Part shown: piece by piece, positions 1-18,126 of the stretch
How the letters are laid out: the number at the start of each line of letters is the position of its first letter
Position numbering within the stretch: the stretch's first letter is position 1
DNA from: an uncultured Chloroflexia bacterium
Lineage (GTDB): Bacteria > Chloroflexota > Limnocylindria > Limnocylindrales > CSP1-4
Direction: 5' to 3'
NCBI GenBank assembly: GCA_963778805.1
Contig: CAVZVT010000005.1
Location: 26,385-90,384, forward strand
Length of the DNA stretch: 64,000 nucleotides
The notes under the pieces: generated by a model
What the model was told of the DNA's origin: nothing
The model's database searches: none
What the model saw: the letters and a program-made list of their open reading frames with translations, nothing else
Position numbers and translations under genes: made by a program

Positions 1-1
1 G

Positions 2-7203
<7,202 letters not shown>

Positions 7204-7245
7204 ACCAGGGTCCTTCCGGACCGCCCAGGGCGGCTCGGTCCACGT

Positions 7246-7275
7246 TTGACACGTGTTCCGAGCCGCTGCTAGACT
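7246..7275 (+). promoter_or_regulatory. Candidate sigma-70-type promoter of the str operon (TTGACA - 18 nt - TAGACT)
   Basis: TTGACA at 7246-7251 and TAGACT at 7270-7275 stand out in GC-rich intergenic DNA between rpoC (stop 7203) and rpsL (start 7452). This implies a leader of about 170 nt. Confidence 0.45.
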
Positions 7276-7451
7276 CCGCGTTCGTGGCCTCGGGAGGGGT
7301 CCGCCTACGGCGTGCGCGCCGGGACCGCCAGACCACATTCGAACCAGCTTGAAGCGATCCCCGCCGGTGTCCCCCAGGACGACGGCGACGATGGGTCGTC
7401 CGGTCCACCGTGACCGGGTCACTCGACTCGACCGAAAGGAGCAGCGTCTTC

Positions 7452-7880
7452 GTGCCGACGATCAGTCAGCTCGTGCGTCACGGGCGCAAGCGCAAGATCT
7501 CGAAGATCAAGGCGCCCGCCATGCGCAAGAACTGGAACAGCCTGCGCCAGCGCCAGGTCTCGATCCCTGGTGCGCCCCAGAAGCGGGGTGTGTGTCTGCA
7601 GGTCCGGACGATGACGCCCAAGAAGCCGAACTCGGCGCTGCGCAAGATCGCGCGCGTGCGGCTCACCAACCAGATGGAGGTCACGGCCTACATCCCGGGC
7701 ATCGGTCACAACCTCCAGGAGCACTCGGTGGTCCTGGTCCGCGGTGGGCGAGTCAAGGACCTCCCGTCGGTCAAGTACCACATCATCCGCGGCACGCTCG
7801 ATGCCGCCGGTGTCCGCGACCGCAAGCAGGGTCGCAGCAAGTACGGGGCCAAGGCCACCGGCAAGCCGGGAGCCCGCTAG
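7452..7880 (+). CDS. rpsL: 30S ribosomal protein S12
   Basis: GTG 7452 preceded by AAGGAG (7436-7441). [13 protein letters not shown]...[57 protein letters not shown]. The ORF-track start at 7410 is rejected as an N-terminal over-extension. Confidence 0.95.
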   Translation: MPTISQLVRHGRKRKISKIKAPAMRKNWNSLRQRQVSIPGAPQKRGVCLQVRTMTPKKPNSALRKIARVRLTNQMEVTAYIPGIGHNLQEHSVVLVRGGRVKDLPSVKYHIIRGTLDAAGVRDRKQGRSKYGAKATGKPGAR

Positions 7881-7881
7881 G

Positions 7882-8349
7882 ATGCCGCGTCGTACCAGCA
7901 TCCCGCGCAAGTCCAAGTACGAGACGATCCCGGCCAACCGGATGACGTCGCGGTTCTCGGCCAAGCTCATGAAGGGCGGCAAGCAGAACCTCGCTGAGCG
8001 GATCCTGCGCCAGGCGCTCGCCCGCGCCGAGGCCCAGGCCGGTCGACCCGGTCTCGAGATCCTCGAAGCCGCGATGCGCAACGCCACCCCGATCATCGAG
8101 GTGAAGCCTCGGCGCGTCGGTGGCGCGACCTATCAGGTCCCGGTCGAGATCCGGGGCGATCGCCGCATGTCGCTCGGTGTCCGCTGGCTCGTCCAGTCGG
8201 CCCGCAAGCGCAACGGCAAGAGCATGAGCGAGAAGCTCGCGGCCGAGCTCGTCGATGCCATGAATGGCCTCGGCGCGGCGGTCAAGCGACGAGAAGACAC
8301 GCACAAGATGGCGGAGGCCAACAAGGCCTTCAGCCATTTCAAGTGGTAG
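7882..8349 (+). CDS. rpsG: 30S ribosomal protein S7
   Basis: ATG 7882 lies 1 nt after the rpsL stop. MPRRTSIPRK...ATPIIEVKPRRVGGATYQVPVEIRGDRR...MAEANKAFSHFKW. Confidence 0.95.
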   Translation: MPRRTSIPRKSKYETIPANRMTSRFSAKLMKGGKQNLAERILRQALARAEAQAGRPGLEILEAAMRNATPIIEVKPRRVGGATYQVPVEIRGDRRMSLGVRWLVQSARKRNGKSMSEKLAAELVDAMNGLGAAVKRREDTHKMAEANKAFSHFKW

Positions 8350-8369
8350 AAGCGGGAGCTTAGACAACC

Positions 8370-10445
8370 GTGGCACGACAGGTTCCGCTCGCCAAGACGC
8401 GGAACATCGGGATCATCGCGCATATCGACGCCGGCAAGACGACCGTCACCGAGCGGATCCTTTTCTATACGAAGAAGATCTACAAGATCGGTGAGGTCCA
8501 TGAGGGCGCGGCCACGATGGACTGGATGCCCCAGGAACAGGAACGGGGCATCACCATCACGGCCGCCGCCACGACGGCGTTCTGGGGCGATCATCGCATC
8601 AACATCATCGATACGCCCGGGCACGTGGACTTCACGGTCGAGGTCGAACGCAGCCTCCGCGTGCTCGACGGCGCCGTCGTCGTCTTCGATGGTGTGGCGG
8701 GCGTCGAGCCGCAGTCCGAGACCGTCTGGCGTCAGGCCGATCGGTACGGCGTGCCGCGGTTCTGCTTCATCAACAAGCTCGACCGGACCGGTGCGGACTT
8801 CTGGCGCGGTGTCCAGGCGATCAAGGATCGTCTTGGGGCGAACGCGGTGCCGATCCAGATCCCGATCGGGCGCGAGGACCAGTTCCAGGGCGTCATCGAT
8901 CTCGTCGAGATGAAGGCGGTCTACTACCGCGACGACCTCGGTAACCAGATCGACGTCGTGGACATCCCCGCCGACCTCAGGGACGAGGCCGACAAGCACC
9001 GCCACATCATGATCGAGGCCGTCGCCGAGATGGACGACGAGCTGACCCACAAGTACCTCGAGGGCGAGGAGTTCACGGTCGCCGAGATCAAGCACGGTCT
9101 CCGCCTCGGCACCCTGACCACCCGGATCATCCCGGTGCTCACGGGCTCCGCCCTCAAGAACAAGGGCGTCCAGAAGATGCTCGATGCGGTCGTGGACTTC
9201 CTGCCGTCCCCGCTCGACGTGCCGCCGATGATCGGGCTCGATCCGAAGACCGGCGCCGACATCATCCGAACGCCATCGGACGCCGAGCCCTTCAGTGCGC
9301 TCGCGTTCAAGATCGCCGCTGACCCGTTCGTCGGGAAGCTCGCGTTCTTCCGCGTCTACTCGGGCACGCTCAAGGCCGGGTCCTATGTCATGAACCCGAC
9401 CAAGGGCAAGAAGGAGCGCATCGGCCGCCTCCTCCAGATGCACGCGAACCACCGCGAAGAGATCGAAGAGGTCTACGCGGGCGATATCGCGGCCGCGGTC
9501 GGCCTGAAGGACACGTTCACCGGCGACACGCTCACCGATCCCGATCACCAGGTCGTCCTCGAGTCGATGACGTTCCCGGAGCCGGTCATCGAGGTCAAGA
9601 TCGAGCCGAAGACGAAGGCCGACCAGGACAAGCTCGCGATCGCCCTCCAGCGCCTGTCCGAGGAGGATCCGACGTTCCGCGTGCACACGGACCCGGAGAC
9701 CTCGGAGACGCTGATCGCCGGGATGGGCGAGTTGCACCTGGATGTGCTCGTCGACCGGATGGTCCGTGAGTTCCACGTCGCCGCGAACATCGGCAAGCCG
9801 CAGGTCTCCTACCGCGAGACCATCCGTCGCGCTGCCGAGGGCAACGGCCGCTTCATCCGCCAGACCGGCGGCAAGGGCCAGTACGGTCACGCGATCATCA
9901 AGCTCGAGCCGTCCGAGAAGGGCGCCGGGTACGAGTTCGTCGACAAGATCGTCGGCGGGACCATCCCGCGGGAATACATCAAGCCGGTCGACCAGGGGAT
10001 CCGCGAGACGCTCGCCACGGGCATCTACGCCGGCTACCCGGTGGTCGACGTCAAGGTGACGCTGTTCGACGGTTCGTATCACGACGTCGACTCGTCCGAG
10101 ATGGCGTTCAAGATCGCCGGATCCATGGCCGTCAAGGACGCCTTCTCGAAGGCCGATCCGGCCATCCTCGAGCCGATCATGAAGGTCGAGGTCCTCATGC
10201 CCGAGGAGTTCATGGGTGACGTCATCGGCGACCTCAACAGTCGCCGCGGGCAGATCGAGGGGATGGAGTCGCGTGGCTCGACCCAGGTCGTGCGGGCCTT
10301 CGTCCCGCTCGCCCAGATGTTCGGCTACGTCACCGACCTGCGCAGCATGAGCCAGGGTCGGGCGACCTCCTCGATGGAATTCAGCCACTACGCCGAGGTG
10401 CCGGGCAACCTGGCCTCGGAACTCGTCCAGAAATCCAAGGTCTAG
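8370..10445 (+). CDS. fusA: Elongation factor G
   Basis: 691-aa ORF. G-domain motifs [17 protein letters not shown] and NKLD. EF-G domains through the C-terminal [10 protein letters not shown]. Confidence 0.97.
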   Translation: MARQVPLAKTRNIGIIAHIDAGKTTVTERILFYTKKIYKIGEVHEGAATMDWMPQEQERGITITAAATTAFWGDHRINIIDTPGHVDFTVEVERSLRVLDGAVVVFDGVAGVEPQSETVWRQADRYGVPRFCFINKLDRTGADFWRGVQAIKDRLGANAVPIQIPIGREDQFQGVIDLVEMKAVYYRDDLGNQIDVVDIPADLRDEADKHRHIMIEAVAEMDDELTHKYLEGEEFTVAEIKHGLRLGTLTTRIIPVLTGSALKNKGVQKMLDAVVDFLPSPLDVPPMIGLDPKTGADIIRTPSDAEPFSALAFKIAADPFVGKLAFFRVYSGTLKAGSYVMNPTKGKKERIGRLLQMHANHREEIEEVYAGDIAAAVGLKDTFTGDTLTDPDHQVVLESMTFPEPVIEVKIEPKTKADQDKLAIALQRLSEEDPTFRVHTDPETSETLIAGMGELHLDVLVDRMVREFHVAANIGKPQVSYRETIRRAAEGNGRFIRQTGGKGQYGHAIIKLEPSEKGAGYEFVDKIVGGTIPREYIKPVDQGIRETLATGIYAGYPVVDVKVTLFDGSYHDVDSSEMAFKIAGSMAVKDAFSKADPAILEPIMKVEVLMPEEFMGDVIGDLNSRRGQIEGMESRGSTQVVRAFVPLAQMFGYVTDLRSMSQGRATSSMEFSHYAEVPGNLASELVQKSKV

Positions 10446-10467
10446 GCAGGAATCGGGAGCAGTCACG

Positions 10468-11664
10468 ATGGCCAAGAAGAAGTTCGAGCGTAACAAGCCG
10501 CACGTGAACATCGGCACGATCGGCCACATCGACCACGGCAAGACGTCGCTCACCGCGGCGATCAGCAAGTACCTCGCGCTGAAGGGTTCGGCCGAGTACC
10601 GCGCGTTCGATTCGATCGACAACGCCCCCGAGGAGCGCGAGCGCGGGATCACCATCGCGATCGCCCACGTCGAGTACGAGACCGACGCCCGCCACTACGC
10701 CCACGTCGACTGCCCCGGGCACGCCGACTACATCAAGAACATGATCACCGGCGCCGCCCAGATGGACGGGGCCATCCTCGTCGTCGCCGCGACCGACGGC
10801 CCGATGCCCCAGACCCGTGAGCACATCCTGCTGGCCCGCCAGGTCGAGGTCCCCTACATCGTGGTCTTCCTCAACAAGGTCGACATGGTCGACGACGAGG
10901 AACTGCTCGACCTCGTCGAGCTCGAGGTCCGCGAGCTGCTCAGCAAGTACGCCTTCCCCGGTGACGACATCCCGGTCATCCGCGGCAGCGCCCTGAAGGC
11001 GCTCGAGGCACCCGACGACGTGACCAACGAGGCCTACGCCCCGATCCAGGCCCTGATGGATGCGGTCGACAGCTACATCCCGACCCCCGAGCGCGCGGTC
11101 GACAAGCCGTTCCTCATGCCGGTCGAGGACGTGTTCGGCATCAAGGGCCGCGGCACGGTCGCCACCGGGCGCATCGAGCGCGGCATCGTCAAGGTCGGCG
11201 ACGAGGTCGAGCTGGTCGGCGTCAAGGCCACCCGCAAGATCGTGGTCACCGGCGTCGAGATGTTCAAGAAGCTGCTCGACGAGGGTCGGGCCGGCGACAA
11301 CGTGGGTTGTCTCATCCGGGGCATCGAGCGCGAGGAGATCGAGCGCGGCCAGGTCCTCGCCAAGGCAGGCTCGGTCAAGCCCCACACCAAGTTCAGCGCC
11401 CAGGTCTACGTCCTGACCAAGGAGGAGGGTGGCCGCCATACCCCCTTCTACAACGGCTACCGTCCGCAGTTCTACCTGCGCACCACGGACGTGACCGGGG
11501 CCATCGGCCTGCCCGACGGGGCCGAGATGATCATGCCCGGCGACAACGTCGAGATGACCGTCGAGCTGATCACCCCGATCGCCCTCGAAGTCGGCCAGCG
11601 CTTCGCCATCCGCGAGGGTGGCCGGACCGTCGGCGCCGGCGCCATCGTCACCATCACCGAATAG
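10468..11664 (+). CDS. tuf: Elongation factor Tu
   Basis: 398 aa with [16 protein letters not shown] and NKVD motifs. GGGAG SD upstream of the ATG. Confidence 0.98.
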   Translation: MAKKKFERNKPHVNIGTIGHIDHGKTSLTAAISKYLALKGSAEYRAFDSIDNAPEERERGITIAIAHVEYETDARHYAHVDCPGHADYIKNMITGAAQMDGAILVVAATDGPMPQTREHILLARQVEVPYIVVFLNKVDMVDDEELLDLVELEVRELLSKYAFPGDDIPVIRGSALKALEAPDDVTNEAYAPIQALMDAVDSYIPTPERAVDKPFLMPVEDVFGIKGRGTVATGRIERGIVKVGDEVELVGVKATRKIVVTGVEMFKKLLDEGRAGDNVGCLIRGIEREEIERGQVLAKAGSVKPHTKFSAQVYVLTKEEGGRHTPFYNGYRPQFYLRTTDVTGAIGLPDGAEMIMPGDNVEMTVELITPIALEVGQRFAIREGGRTVGAGAIVTITE

Positions 11665-11676
11665 GGACGAGACGAC

Positions 11677-11984
11677 ATGGCAAAGCAGCGAATCAGGATC
11701 CGACTCAAGGCGTACGACCATCGACTGCTCGATCAGTCGGCGGCGCAGATCGTCGAGACGGCCCAACGGACCGGCGCTGACGTCGTCGGCCCCGTGCCGC
11801 TGCCGACCCGGATCGAAAAGTTCACCGTCATCCGCTCGCCCTTCATCGACAAGGACAGCCGGGAGCAGTTCGAGATCCGCACCCACAAGCGGCTCGTGGA
11901 CATCCTGGATCCTCGTCGAAGACGGTCGATGCCCTGATGCGACTCTCGCTGGCTGCGGGCGTCGACATCGAGATCAAGATGTGA
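11677..11984 (+). CDS. rpsJ: 30S ribosomal protein S10 (3' end out of frame as sequenced; one base apparently missing near 11908-11915)
   Basis: [79 protein letters not shown], then the annotated frame gives RRRRSMP*. Frame 0 instead gives the canonical S10 end [23 protein letters not shown] (TGA 11982-11984). Confidence 0.9.
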
Positions 11985-12595
11985 TGGGAATTGGACTCAT
12001 CGGCCGCAAGGTCGGCATGACCCAGGTCTTCCAGGAGGACGGCACGATGGTGGCCGTCTCCGTGGTCGAGATCGAACCGAATACCGTGACGCGGCTCCGG
12101 ACGACGGCACGCGACGGCTACACGGCCGTCCAGCTTGGTACCGAGGTCGTCAAGAAGCTGAGCAAGCCCGAGGCCGGCCAGCTCAAGGACCTGCCCAAGG
12201 TCAAGACCATCCGCGAGTTCCGCGTCGATGACATCGACGCCTACCAGCTCGGTCAGGTGGTCGCGCTGACGGACCTGTTCGCCGAGGGCGACGAGGTCGA
12301 TATCACGGGTGTCTCCAAGGGCAAGGGCTTCGGCGGCGTCATCAAGCGCCACCATTTCGCCCGAGGCCCCAAGACCCATGGTTCGGACCACCATCGCGCG
12401 CCGGGCTCGATCGGGCCGGGCACGACCCCAGGTCGCGTCTACCGCGGTCTGAAGATGGCGGGCCATATGGGCGATGCCCGCGCCACCATCAAGAAGGTGC
12501 GCGTCGTGCGTACCGATGCCGACCGCAACCTGCTGCTCGTCAAGGGGAGCCTCCCCGGGGCGCGCGGTTCGTTGATCCTCGTGAAGAAGGCCTGA
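11984..12595 (+). CDS. rplC: 50S ribosomal protein L3
   Basis: ATG 11984 (GTG 11981 also possible). [33 protein letters not shown].... It is the in-frame tail of ORF 11618..12595. Confidence 0.95.
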   Translation: MGIGLIGRKVGMTQVFQEDGTMVAVSVVEIEPNTVTRLRTTARDGYTAVQLGTEVVKKLSKPEAGQLKDLPKVKTIREFRVDDIDAYQLGQVVALTDLFAEGDEVDITGVSKGKGFGGVIKRHHFARGPKTHGSDHHRAPGSIGPGTTPGRVYRGLKMAGHMGDARATIKKVRVVRTDADRNLLLVKGSLPGARGSLILVKKA

Positions 12596-12599
12596 CGCG

Positions 12600-13223
12600 A
12601 TGCCGCAGACCAACCTGTACGACCGCACCGGCAAGACCGTGGGCAGCGTCGATCTCAGCGATGAGCTCTTTGCCGCGCCGATCAACACGGCCGTGCTCCA
12701 CCAGGTCGTGACCGCTCAACTCGCCGGTCGCCGGACCGGGACCGCCGATACCAAGACGCGCGGTGAAGTCCGTGGCGGTGGCCGCAAGCCCTACCGCCAG
12801 AAGGGCACGGGTCGTGCTCGTCAGGGCACGATCAGCGCACCCCACTACCGTGGCGGTGGCGTCGTCTTCGGGCCGCATCCGCGCTCGTACGAGCAGCGGC
12901 TGCCGCGCAAGATGAAGCGCCTCGCGCTGCGCGGCGCCCTGACGGCCAAGTTCACCGACGACGCGATCATGGTCATCGACACCTTCGGCCTGACCGCCAT
13001 CAAGACCAAGGAGCTCGCCGGGGTCCTCGGCGCGCTCGCGGCCTCGGGTCGCGTCCTGGTCGTCGCGCCAGCCCGCGATGAGAAGCTCGAGCTCTCGGCG
13101 CGGAACCTGCCGACCGTCGAAGTGATCCTCGCGGACTCGCTCAACGTGGTCGATCTGCTCAAGGCAGACGTGGTCCTGATCGAGCAGCCGTCGCTCGCCC
13201 GGATGCAGGAGGTGTACGCGTGA
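12600..13223 (+). CDS. rplD: 50S ribosomal protein L4
   Basis: 207 aa. ...[38 protein letters not shown]... Position in the S10 operon. Confidence 0.96.
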   Translation: MPQTNLYDRTGKTVGSVDLSDELFAAPINTAVLHQVVTAQLAGRRTGTADTKTRGEVRGGGRKPYRQKGTGRARQGTISAPHYRGGGVVFGPHPRSYEQRLPRKMKRLALRGALTAKFTDDAIMVIDTFGLTAIKTKELAGVLGALAASGRVLVVAPARDEKLELSARNLPTVEVILADSLNVVDLLKADVVLIEQPSLARMQEVYA

Positions 13224-13534
13224 GCGTCCTGACCGCACCCGAGATCATCCTGCGACCCGTCATCAGCGAGAAGTCGATCGACGAGTCCAGCCGCGGCAAG
13301 TACACCTTCGCGGTCCACGAACGGGCCAACAAGATCCAGATCAAGGCCGCGGTCGAGGAGCTGTACAAGAAGGAGAACGTGACGGTCATCTCCGTCAACG
13401 TCCTCACGACCAAGGCCAAGGCGAAGTCGCGCGGCACCCGCCGCGGCCGGATCACCGGTCACACGACGCCCTGGCGCAAGGCGATCGTCACGCTGGCCCC
13501 GGGCCAGAAGATCGAATTCTTCGAGGGGGTCTGA
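13220..13534 (+). CDS. rplW: 50S ribosomal protein L23
   Basis: GTGA start/stop overlap with rplD. 104 aa, ...[38 protein letters not shown]... Confidence 0.95.
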   Translation: MSVLTAPEIILRPVISEKSIDESSRGKYTFAVHERANKIQIKAAVEELYKKENVTVISVNVLTTKAKAKSRGTRRGRITGHTTPWRKAIVTLAPGQKIEFFEGV

Positions 13535-13536
13535 CG

Positions 13537-14364
13537 ATGCCGCTGCGAAGTTACAAGGCCACCTCGCCGGGTCTCCGGCAGATGACTCGCTCGACCTTCG
13601 AGGAGATCACGACCAAGGAGCCGCACAAGCCCCTGCTCGAGCCACAGACGCGTGGGTCCGGCCGCAACAACGCGGGCCGACTCACGGTCCGGCATCGCGG
13701 CGGTGGCGAGAAGCGGCACTACCGGATCATCGATTTCAAGCGCAACAAGCTGAGCGTCCCGGCCCGGCTCGCGACGATCGAGTACGACCCCAACCGGTCG
13801 GCCCGCATCGGCCTGCTGCACTACCGTGATGGCGAGAAGCGCTACATGCTGCTGCCGCACGGTCTCAAGGTGGGTGACGTCGTCGTCGCCGGCCCGGATG
13901 CCGAGGCGCGCGTGGGCAATGCCCTGCCGCTCGCGAACATCCCGCTTGGCACCACGATCCACAACATCGAGCTGGTCCCCGGCAAGGGCGGCCAGATCGT
14001 CCGGTCCGCCGGGACGGCGGCACAGCTGTTGGCCAAGGAAGGCGATTACGCCACCGTCCGACTCCCGTCGGGCGAGATGCGCCGCGTCCCGATGCGGTGC
14101 ATGGCGACGGTCGGCCAGGTCAGCAACCTCGACCATGACAACGAGAACCTCGGCAAGGCGGGCCGCGCTCGCCACATGGGTCTTCGACCCGAGGTCCGAG
14201 GCGTCGTCATGAATCCACGAGACCATCCGCACGGCGGTGGTGAGGGCAAGTCCCCGACCGGGATGCCGCCCAAGACCCCGTGGGGCAAGCCCGCGATGGG
14301 CTATCGCACCCGGCGGTCGAAGACGACCGGACGTTTGATCGTCCGATCGCGGCATCGAAAGTAA
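13537..14364 (+). CDS. rplB: 50S ribosomal protein L2
   Basis: 275 aa. ...[28 protein letters not shown]...[16 protein letters not shown]... Confidence 0.97.
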   Translation: MPLRSYKATSPGLRQMTRSTFEEITTKEPHKPLLEPQTRGSGRNNAGRLTVRHRGGGEKRHYRIIDFKRNKLSVPARLATIEYDPNRSARIGLLHYRDGEKRYMLLPHGLKVGDVVVAGPDAEARVGNALPLANIPLGTTIHNIELVPGKGGQIVRSAGTAAQLLAKEGDYATVRLPSGEMRRVPMRCMATVGQVSNLDHDNENLGKAGRARHMGLRPEVRGVVMNPRDHPHGGGEGKSPTGMPPKTPWGKPAMGYRTRRSKTTGRLIVRSRHRK

Positions 14365-14381
14365 CGGGGAGGTAGGAGCAG

Positions 14382-14666
14382 ATGTCCCGTTCCATCAAGA
14401 AGGGCCCGTTCGTCGAGGCCCGTCTCGTCGGCCGGATCGAGGAGATGAACAAGCGCAGCGAGAAGAAGGTCGTCAAGACCTGGTCTCGGGCGTCCGTCAT
14501 CTTCCCGACGTTCATCGGCCACACGATCGCCGTGTACAACGGCAAGAAGCACGTCCCGGTCTACGTGACCGAGAACATGGTCGGCCATCGCCTTGGTGAG
14601 TTCAGCCCCACCCGCACGTATCGCGGGCATGGCAAGCACACCGAGCGATCTTCGGCGCTGAAGTAG
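14382..14666 (+). CDS. rpsS: 30S ribosomal protein S19
   Basis: 94 aa. [11 protein letters not shown]...[50 protein letters not shown]. Confidence 0.97.
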   Translation: MSRSIKKGPFVEARLVGRIEEMNKRSEKKVVKTWSRASVIFPTFIGHTIAVYNGKKHVPVYVTENMVGHRLGEFSPTRTYRGHGKHTERSSALK

Positions 14667-14679
14667 GGGCGAACCGATC

Positions 14680-15018
14680 GTGCGTGTCTCCGCCACTGCC
14701 AAATACCTTCGCGGCTCGACCCGCAAGGCCCGCCTGGTGACTTCGGCCATCAAGGGCAAGCCCGTCGAGGAAGCCGCGGCGCTGCTCGAGTTCATGCCGC
14801 AGTTCGCGGCGCGTGACGTCGCGCGCGTGCTCAAGAGCGCCACGGCCAACGCCGAGAACAACCACAACCTGTCGGCCGAGGATCTGGTCATCGTCGACGC
14901 GGTCGCCGACGAAGGGCCCACGATCAAGCGCTTCCGGCCCCGTGCCCAGGGTCGAGCGTTCCCGATCCACAAGCCCATGACCCACATCACCATCGTCGTC
15001 GGCGACAAGGAGGCCTGA
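14680..15018 (+). CDS. rplV: 50S ribosomal protein L22
   Basis: 112 aa, GTG start. ...AKYLRGSTRKARLVTSAIKGKPVEEA...IKRFRPRAQGRAFPIHKPMTHITIVV. Confidence 0.95.
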   Translation: MRVSATAKYLRGSTRKARLVTSAIKGKPVEEAAALLEFMPQFAARDVARVLKSATANAENNHNLSAEDLVIVDAVADEGPTIKRFRPRAQGRAFPIHKPMTHITIVVGDKEA

Positions 15019-15019
15019 G

Positions 15020-15703
15020 ATGGGACACAAGGTCCACCCGTACGGCTTCCGACTCGGTGTCTCGCGCACCTGGACGGCGAAGTGGTACGCGGATGACAAG
15101 GAATACACGAACTCCCTCAAGGAAGACATCAAGATCCGCCAGCTCATCGACAAGCGCCTGGCCAATGCCAGCGTGAGCGGGGTGGAGGTCGAGCGCGGCA
15201 TCAACCACGTGACGGTCACGATCCACACGGCCAAGCCCGGGATCGTCATCGGCAAGGGTGGCGCCAACGTGGAGATCCTCCGCCAGCAGGTCGGCGCGCT
15301 GACGAACCGCAAGGTCAAGCTCGAGATCAAGGAGATCCGTCAGCCCGAGCTCGATGCCTACCTCGTCGCGATGAACATCGCGGGCCAGCTGAGCCGCCGC
15401 ATCGCCTTCAAGAAGGCGATGAAGCAGGCCATCCAGCGCTCGATGAAGGCCGGTGCCAAGGGCGTCAAGATCGCCGTCGCCGGCCGCCTCGGTGGGTCGG
15501 AGATGGGTCGACGCGAGTGGGACAAGGAAGGGCGCATCCCGTTGGGGACGCTCCGCGCTGACATCAGCTACGGCCAGGTCCACGCCCACACGACCTATGG
15601 TCGGATCGGCGTGAAGGTCTGGATCTACCGCGGCGACATCGCTCCGGAGCGCACGCCGGCCCGCGACCTCAATACGCCGGCACCGGCCGGACAGGGGGTC
15701 TGA
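15020..15703 (+). CDS. rpsC: 30S ribosomal protein S3
   Basis: 227 aa. MGHKVHPYGFRLGVSRTWTAKWYAD...KH and S3-C domains. Confidence 0.97.
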   Translation: MGHKVHPYGFRLGVSRTWTAKWYADDKEYTNSLKEDIKIRQLIDKRLANASVSGVEVERGINHVTVTIHTAKPGIVIGKGGANVEILRQQVGALTNRKVKLEIKEIRQPELDAYLVAMNIAGQLSRRIAFKKAMKQAIQRSMKAGAKGVKIAVAGRLGGSEMGRREWDKEGRIPLGTLRADISYGQVHAHTTYGRIGVKVWIYRGDIAPERTPARDLNTPAPAGQGV

Positions 15704-15706
15704 CCC

Positions 15707-16130
15707 GTGTTGATGCCGAAGCGAGTCAAGCACCGCAAGGTCATGCGCGGCACGCATGTCCGGGGTCGCCAAGGGCGGTCACACCGTGGCCTTCGGTGAA
15801 TACGGTCTGGCTACCCAGGAACCCGCCTGGATCACCAGCCGACAGATCGAAGCGGCACGACGTGCCATGACCCGCTCGGTCAAGCGCGGCGGCAAGATCT
15901 GGATCCGGATCTTCCCGGACAAGCCAGCGACCAAGAAGCCGGCGGAGACCCGGATGGGCTCCGGCAAGGGCGCACCCGACCATTGGGTCGCGGTGGTCAA
16001 GCCCGGTCGGATCCTGTTCGAGATGGCCGGTGTGGATCACGACTCGGCGATCGAGGCCATGCGCCTCGCCAGCCACAAGCTCCCGGTCGCGACCCGTGTG
16101 GTCGTCCGCGAAGGCGCGAAGGAGGCCTGA
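15707..16130 (+). CDS. rplP: 50S ribosomal protein L16 (one surplus base near 15752 splits the N-terminus from the ORF-track ORF 15756..16130)
   Basis: GTG 15707 gives [15 protein letters not shown] in frame 2, and the rest ([58 protein letters not shown]...) is in frame 0. Together they reconstitute a canonical L16 N-terminus. Confidence 0.92.
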
Positions 16131-16133
16131 CCG

Positions 16134-16334
16134 ATGGAGATCGACAAGGTCCGCACGCTTTCGGACCCGGAACTCGACCAGGCGCTGCTTCAGGCGAAGC
16201 AGGATCTGTGGGGAGCGCGGTTCGCGCTCTCGACCCGACAACTCAAGGACTTCAGCACGATCCCGCAGACGCGGCGAACGATCGCGCGGATCCTGACCGT
16301 CCAGCGTGAGCGCAAGCTCGGCCGGACGGCGTAA
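16134..16334 (+). CDS. rpmC: 50S ribosomal protein L29
   Basis: 66 aa at the operon position. ...[31 protein letters not shown]... Confidence 0.93.
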   Translation: MEIDKVRTLSDPELDQALLQAKQDLWGARFALSTRQLKDFSTIPQTRRTIARILTVQRERKLGRTA

Positions 16335-16347
16335 GGGAGATCACGCG

Positions 16348-16773
16348 ATGACAGGAGCGAACACGCACGTGCAAGGGCAGCGGAAGACGAAGGTCGGACG
16401 CGTGGTCAGCGACAAGATGGACAAGACGATCGTCGTGTCCGTCGAACGGCTGGCGCGCCACCGGCTGTACAAGCGGGTCATCCGCTTGTCGACCAAGTTC
16501 AAGGCCCATGACGAGGCCAACGAGGCTCGCATCGGCGACACCGTCCTCATCGAGGAGTCCCGACCCCTCTCGGCGACCAAGCGCTGGCGGCTCGTCAGCG
16601 TCGTGGCGCGCGCCGGGGATCACGGGCTGCCCGGCGAGGCCGTCGTCGGCGAAGAGGATGAGACCTCGGAGGCGATCCACTCGGCCGCCCATCCCGGGCG
16701 TGCCCGAGCCGAGGCCGACGTCGACGCCGCCGCCGATGAGACGACGCAGAGCGCCGATGAGGTCGCGTCGTGA
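16348..16773 (+). CDS. rpsQ: 30S ribosomal protein S17 with ~55-aa acidic C-terminal extension
   Basis: ATG 16348 preceded by AAGGGAGA. ...[72 protein letters not shown]. The stop overlaps the rplN GTG (GTGA). Confidence 0.93.
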   Translation: MTGANTHVQGQRKTKVGRVVSDKMDKTIVVSVERLARHRLYKRVIRLSTKFKAHDEANEARIGDTVLIEESRPLSATKRWRLVSVVARAGDHGLPGEAVVGEEDETSEAIHSAAHPGRARAEADVDAAADETTQSADEVAS

Positions 16774-17138
16774 TCCAGTCACAGACGCGCCTCAAGGTCG
16801 CCGACAACACGGGCGCCCGGACGATCCAGTGCATCCGCGTCATGGGTCGATCACTCAAGACCGAAGCGGGCGTCGGTGACGTGATCGTCGCCAGCGTCAA
16901 GCAGGCCATCCCGAACGCCGCCGTCAAGAAGGGCGACGTGGTCCGTGCCGTCATCGTCCGCACGGCCAAGGAATACGGCCGCCCCGACGGCAGCTACATC
17001 CGGTTCGACGAGAACGCCGCGGTCCTGATCAACAACCAGGGCAATCCCCGTGGGACGCGCATCTTCGGGCCGGTCGCGCGCGAACTCCGCGATCGCAACT
17101 ACATGAAGATCGTGTCCCTCGCGCCGGAGGTGCTGTGA
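16770..17138 (+). CDS. rplN: 50S ribosomal protein L14
   Basis: 122 aa. [24 protein letters not shown]... Confidence 0.97.
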   Translation: MIQSQTRLKVADNTGARTIQCIRVMGRSLKTEAGVGDVIVASVKQAIPNAAVKKGDVVRAVIVRTAKEYGRPDGSYIRFDENAAVLINNQGNPRGTRIFGPVARELRDRNYMKIVSLAPEVL

Positions 17139-17572
17139 TGGCCACCGGTCAGATCAGCCGCGGCACGAAGGTGCCCGAGATCCGCAAGGGCGACACCGTC
17201 GTCCTGCTCGCGGGCAAGGATGCCGGCAAGTCCGGCAAGGTCGAGCGGGTCATCCGTCGTGAGCCGGCACCGCGCGGTCGCAGCATGTACCGACGTGGGT
17301 CCACGGCTGGCGGCGTGAGCGTCGTCGTCGAAGGCCTGAACATCGCCAAGCGGCACACCAAGCCCCGTCAGAGCTCCAGTGCGACGGACCGGATGCCCAA
17401 GGTCCAGGCCGGCGGGATCCTCGAGATCGCCCAGCCCGTGCCGGTCGCCAAGGTCATGGTCGTCTGCGGCAGTTGCCACAAGCCCACCCGGATCGGCCAT
17501 CAGACCCTCGAGGGCGGACGCCGTGTGCGCATCTGTCGCCACTGCGGTCAGCAGCTGGAGGCCAAGTCATGA
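17135..17572 (+). CDS. rplX: 50S ribosomal protein L24 (internal insertion and C-terminal CxxC...CxxC zinc-ribbon-like end)
   Basis: 145 aa. [22 protein letters not shown]...[15 protein letters not shown]...[39 protein letters not shown]. Confidence 0.93.
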   Translation: MMATGQISRGTKVPEIRKGDTVVLLAGKDAGKSGKVERVIRREPAPRGRSMYRRGSTAGGVSVVVEGLNIAKRHTKPRQSSSATDRMPKVQAGGILEIAQPVPVAKVMVVCGSCHKPTRIGHQTLEGGRRVRICRHCGQQLEAKS

Positions 17573-18108
17573 CGCGCCTGCAGGAGCGGTACACGACCGA
17601 GGTCGTGCCCGCGCTCCAGAAGCAGTTCGAATACCCGAACCCCAATCAGGTGCCGGGCCTGTCGAAGATCGTCGTCAACATCGGTCTCGGCGAGGCGCTC
17701 AGCAACGCCAAGGCGCTCGACGCCGCGCTCGGCGACCTGACCTTGATCACGGGCCAGAAGCCCATCGTGACCAAGGCGAAGCGTTCGATCGCGCAATTCC
17801 GGCTGCGTGCCGGGAACTCGGTCGGTGCCAAGGTCACGCTCCGCGGCGAGCGGATGTGGGACTTCATGGACCGGCTGACGATCCTGGCGCTCCCGCGCAT
17901 CCGCGACTTCCGGGGGATCCCCAGCAAGTCGTTCGATGGACGTGGCAACTATTCCCTGGGTCTTCGGGAGCAACTCGCGTTCCCGGAGATCGACTACGAC
18001 AAGGTGGACCGGCTCCGCGGGCTGGAGATCAGCATCGTGACGACGGCGAAGACCGACGAGGAGGGCAAGAAGCTTCTTGAACTCCTCGGCATGCCGTTCG
18101 CCTCGTAG
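17569..18108 (+). CDS. rplE: 50S ribosomal protein L5
   Basis: ATGA overlap with the rplX stop. [43 protein letters not shown]... Confidence 0.96.
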   Translation: MTRLQERYTTEVVPALQKQFEYPNPNQVPGLSKIVVNIGLGEALSNAKALDAALGDLTLITGQKPIVTKAKRSIAQFRLRAGNSVGAKVTLRGERMWDFMDRLTILALPRIRDFRGIPSKSFDGRGNYSLGLREQLAFPEIDYDKVDRLRGLEISIVTTAKTDEEGKKLLELLGMPFAS

Positions 18109-18126
18109 GGCGCGGAGAGGAGACAG

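Noticed and set aside
7207-7233. Two small hairpins (GGTCC-TTCC-GGACC and CCGCC-CAG-GGCGG) right after the rpoC stop as an intrinsic terminator.
   Set aside because: The stems are only 5 bp, they overlap each other, and no U-tract follows. This is too weak to call.
7410-7451. Upstream start codons offered by the ORF track for rpsL (7410), rpsG (7744), rpsQ (16306), rplE (17473), rpoA (25746), rplM (27971), tsaB (42909), rimI (43361), ispE (46383), ridA (47285) and recO (52450).
   Set aside because: These extensions overlap the preceding gene and lack an SD. They add non-conserved residues ahead of canonical N-termini, whereas the internal starts chosen have an SD or ATGA/GTGA coupling.
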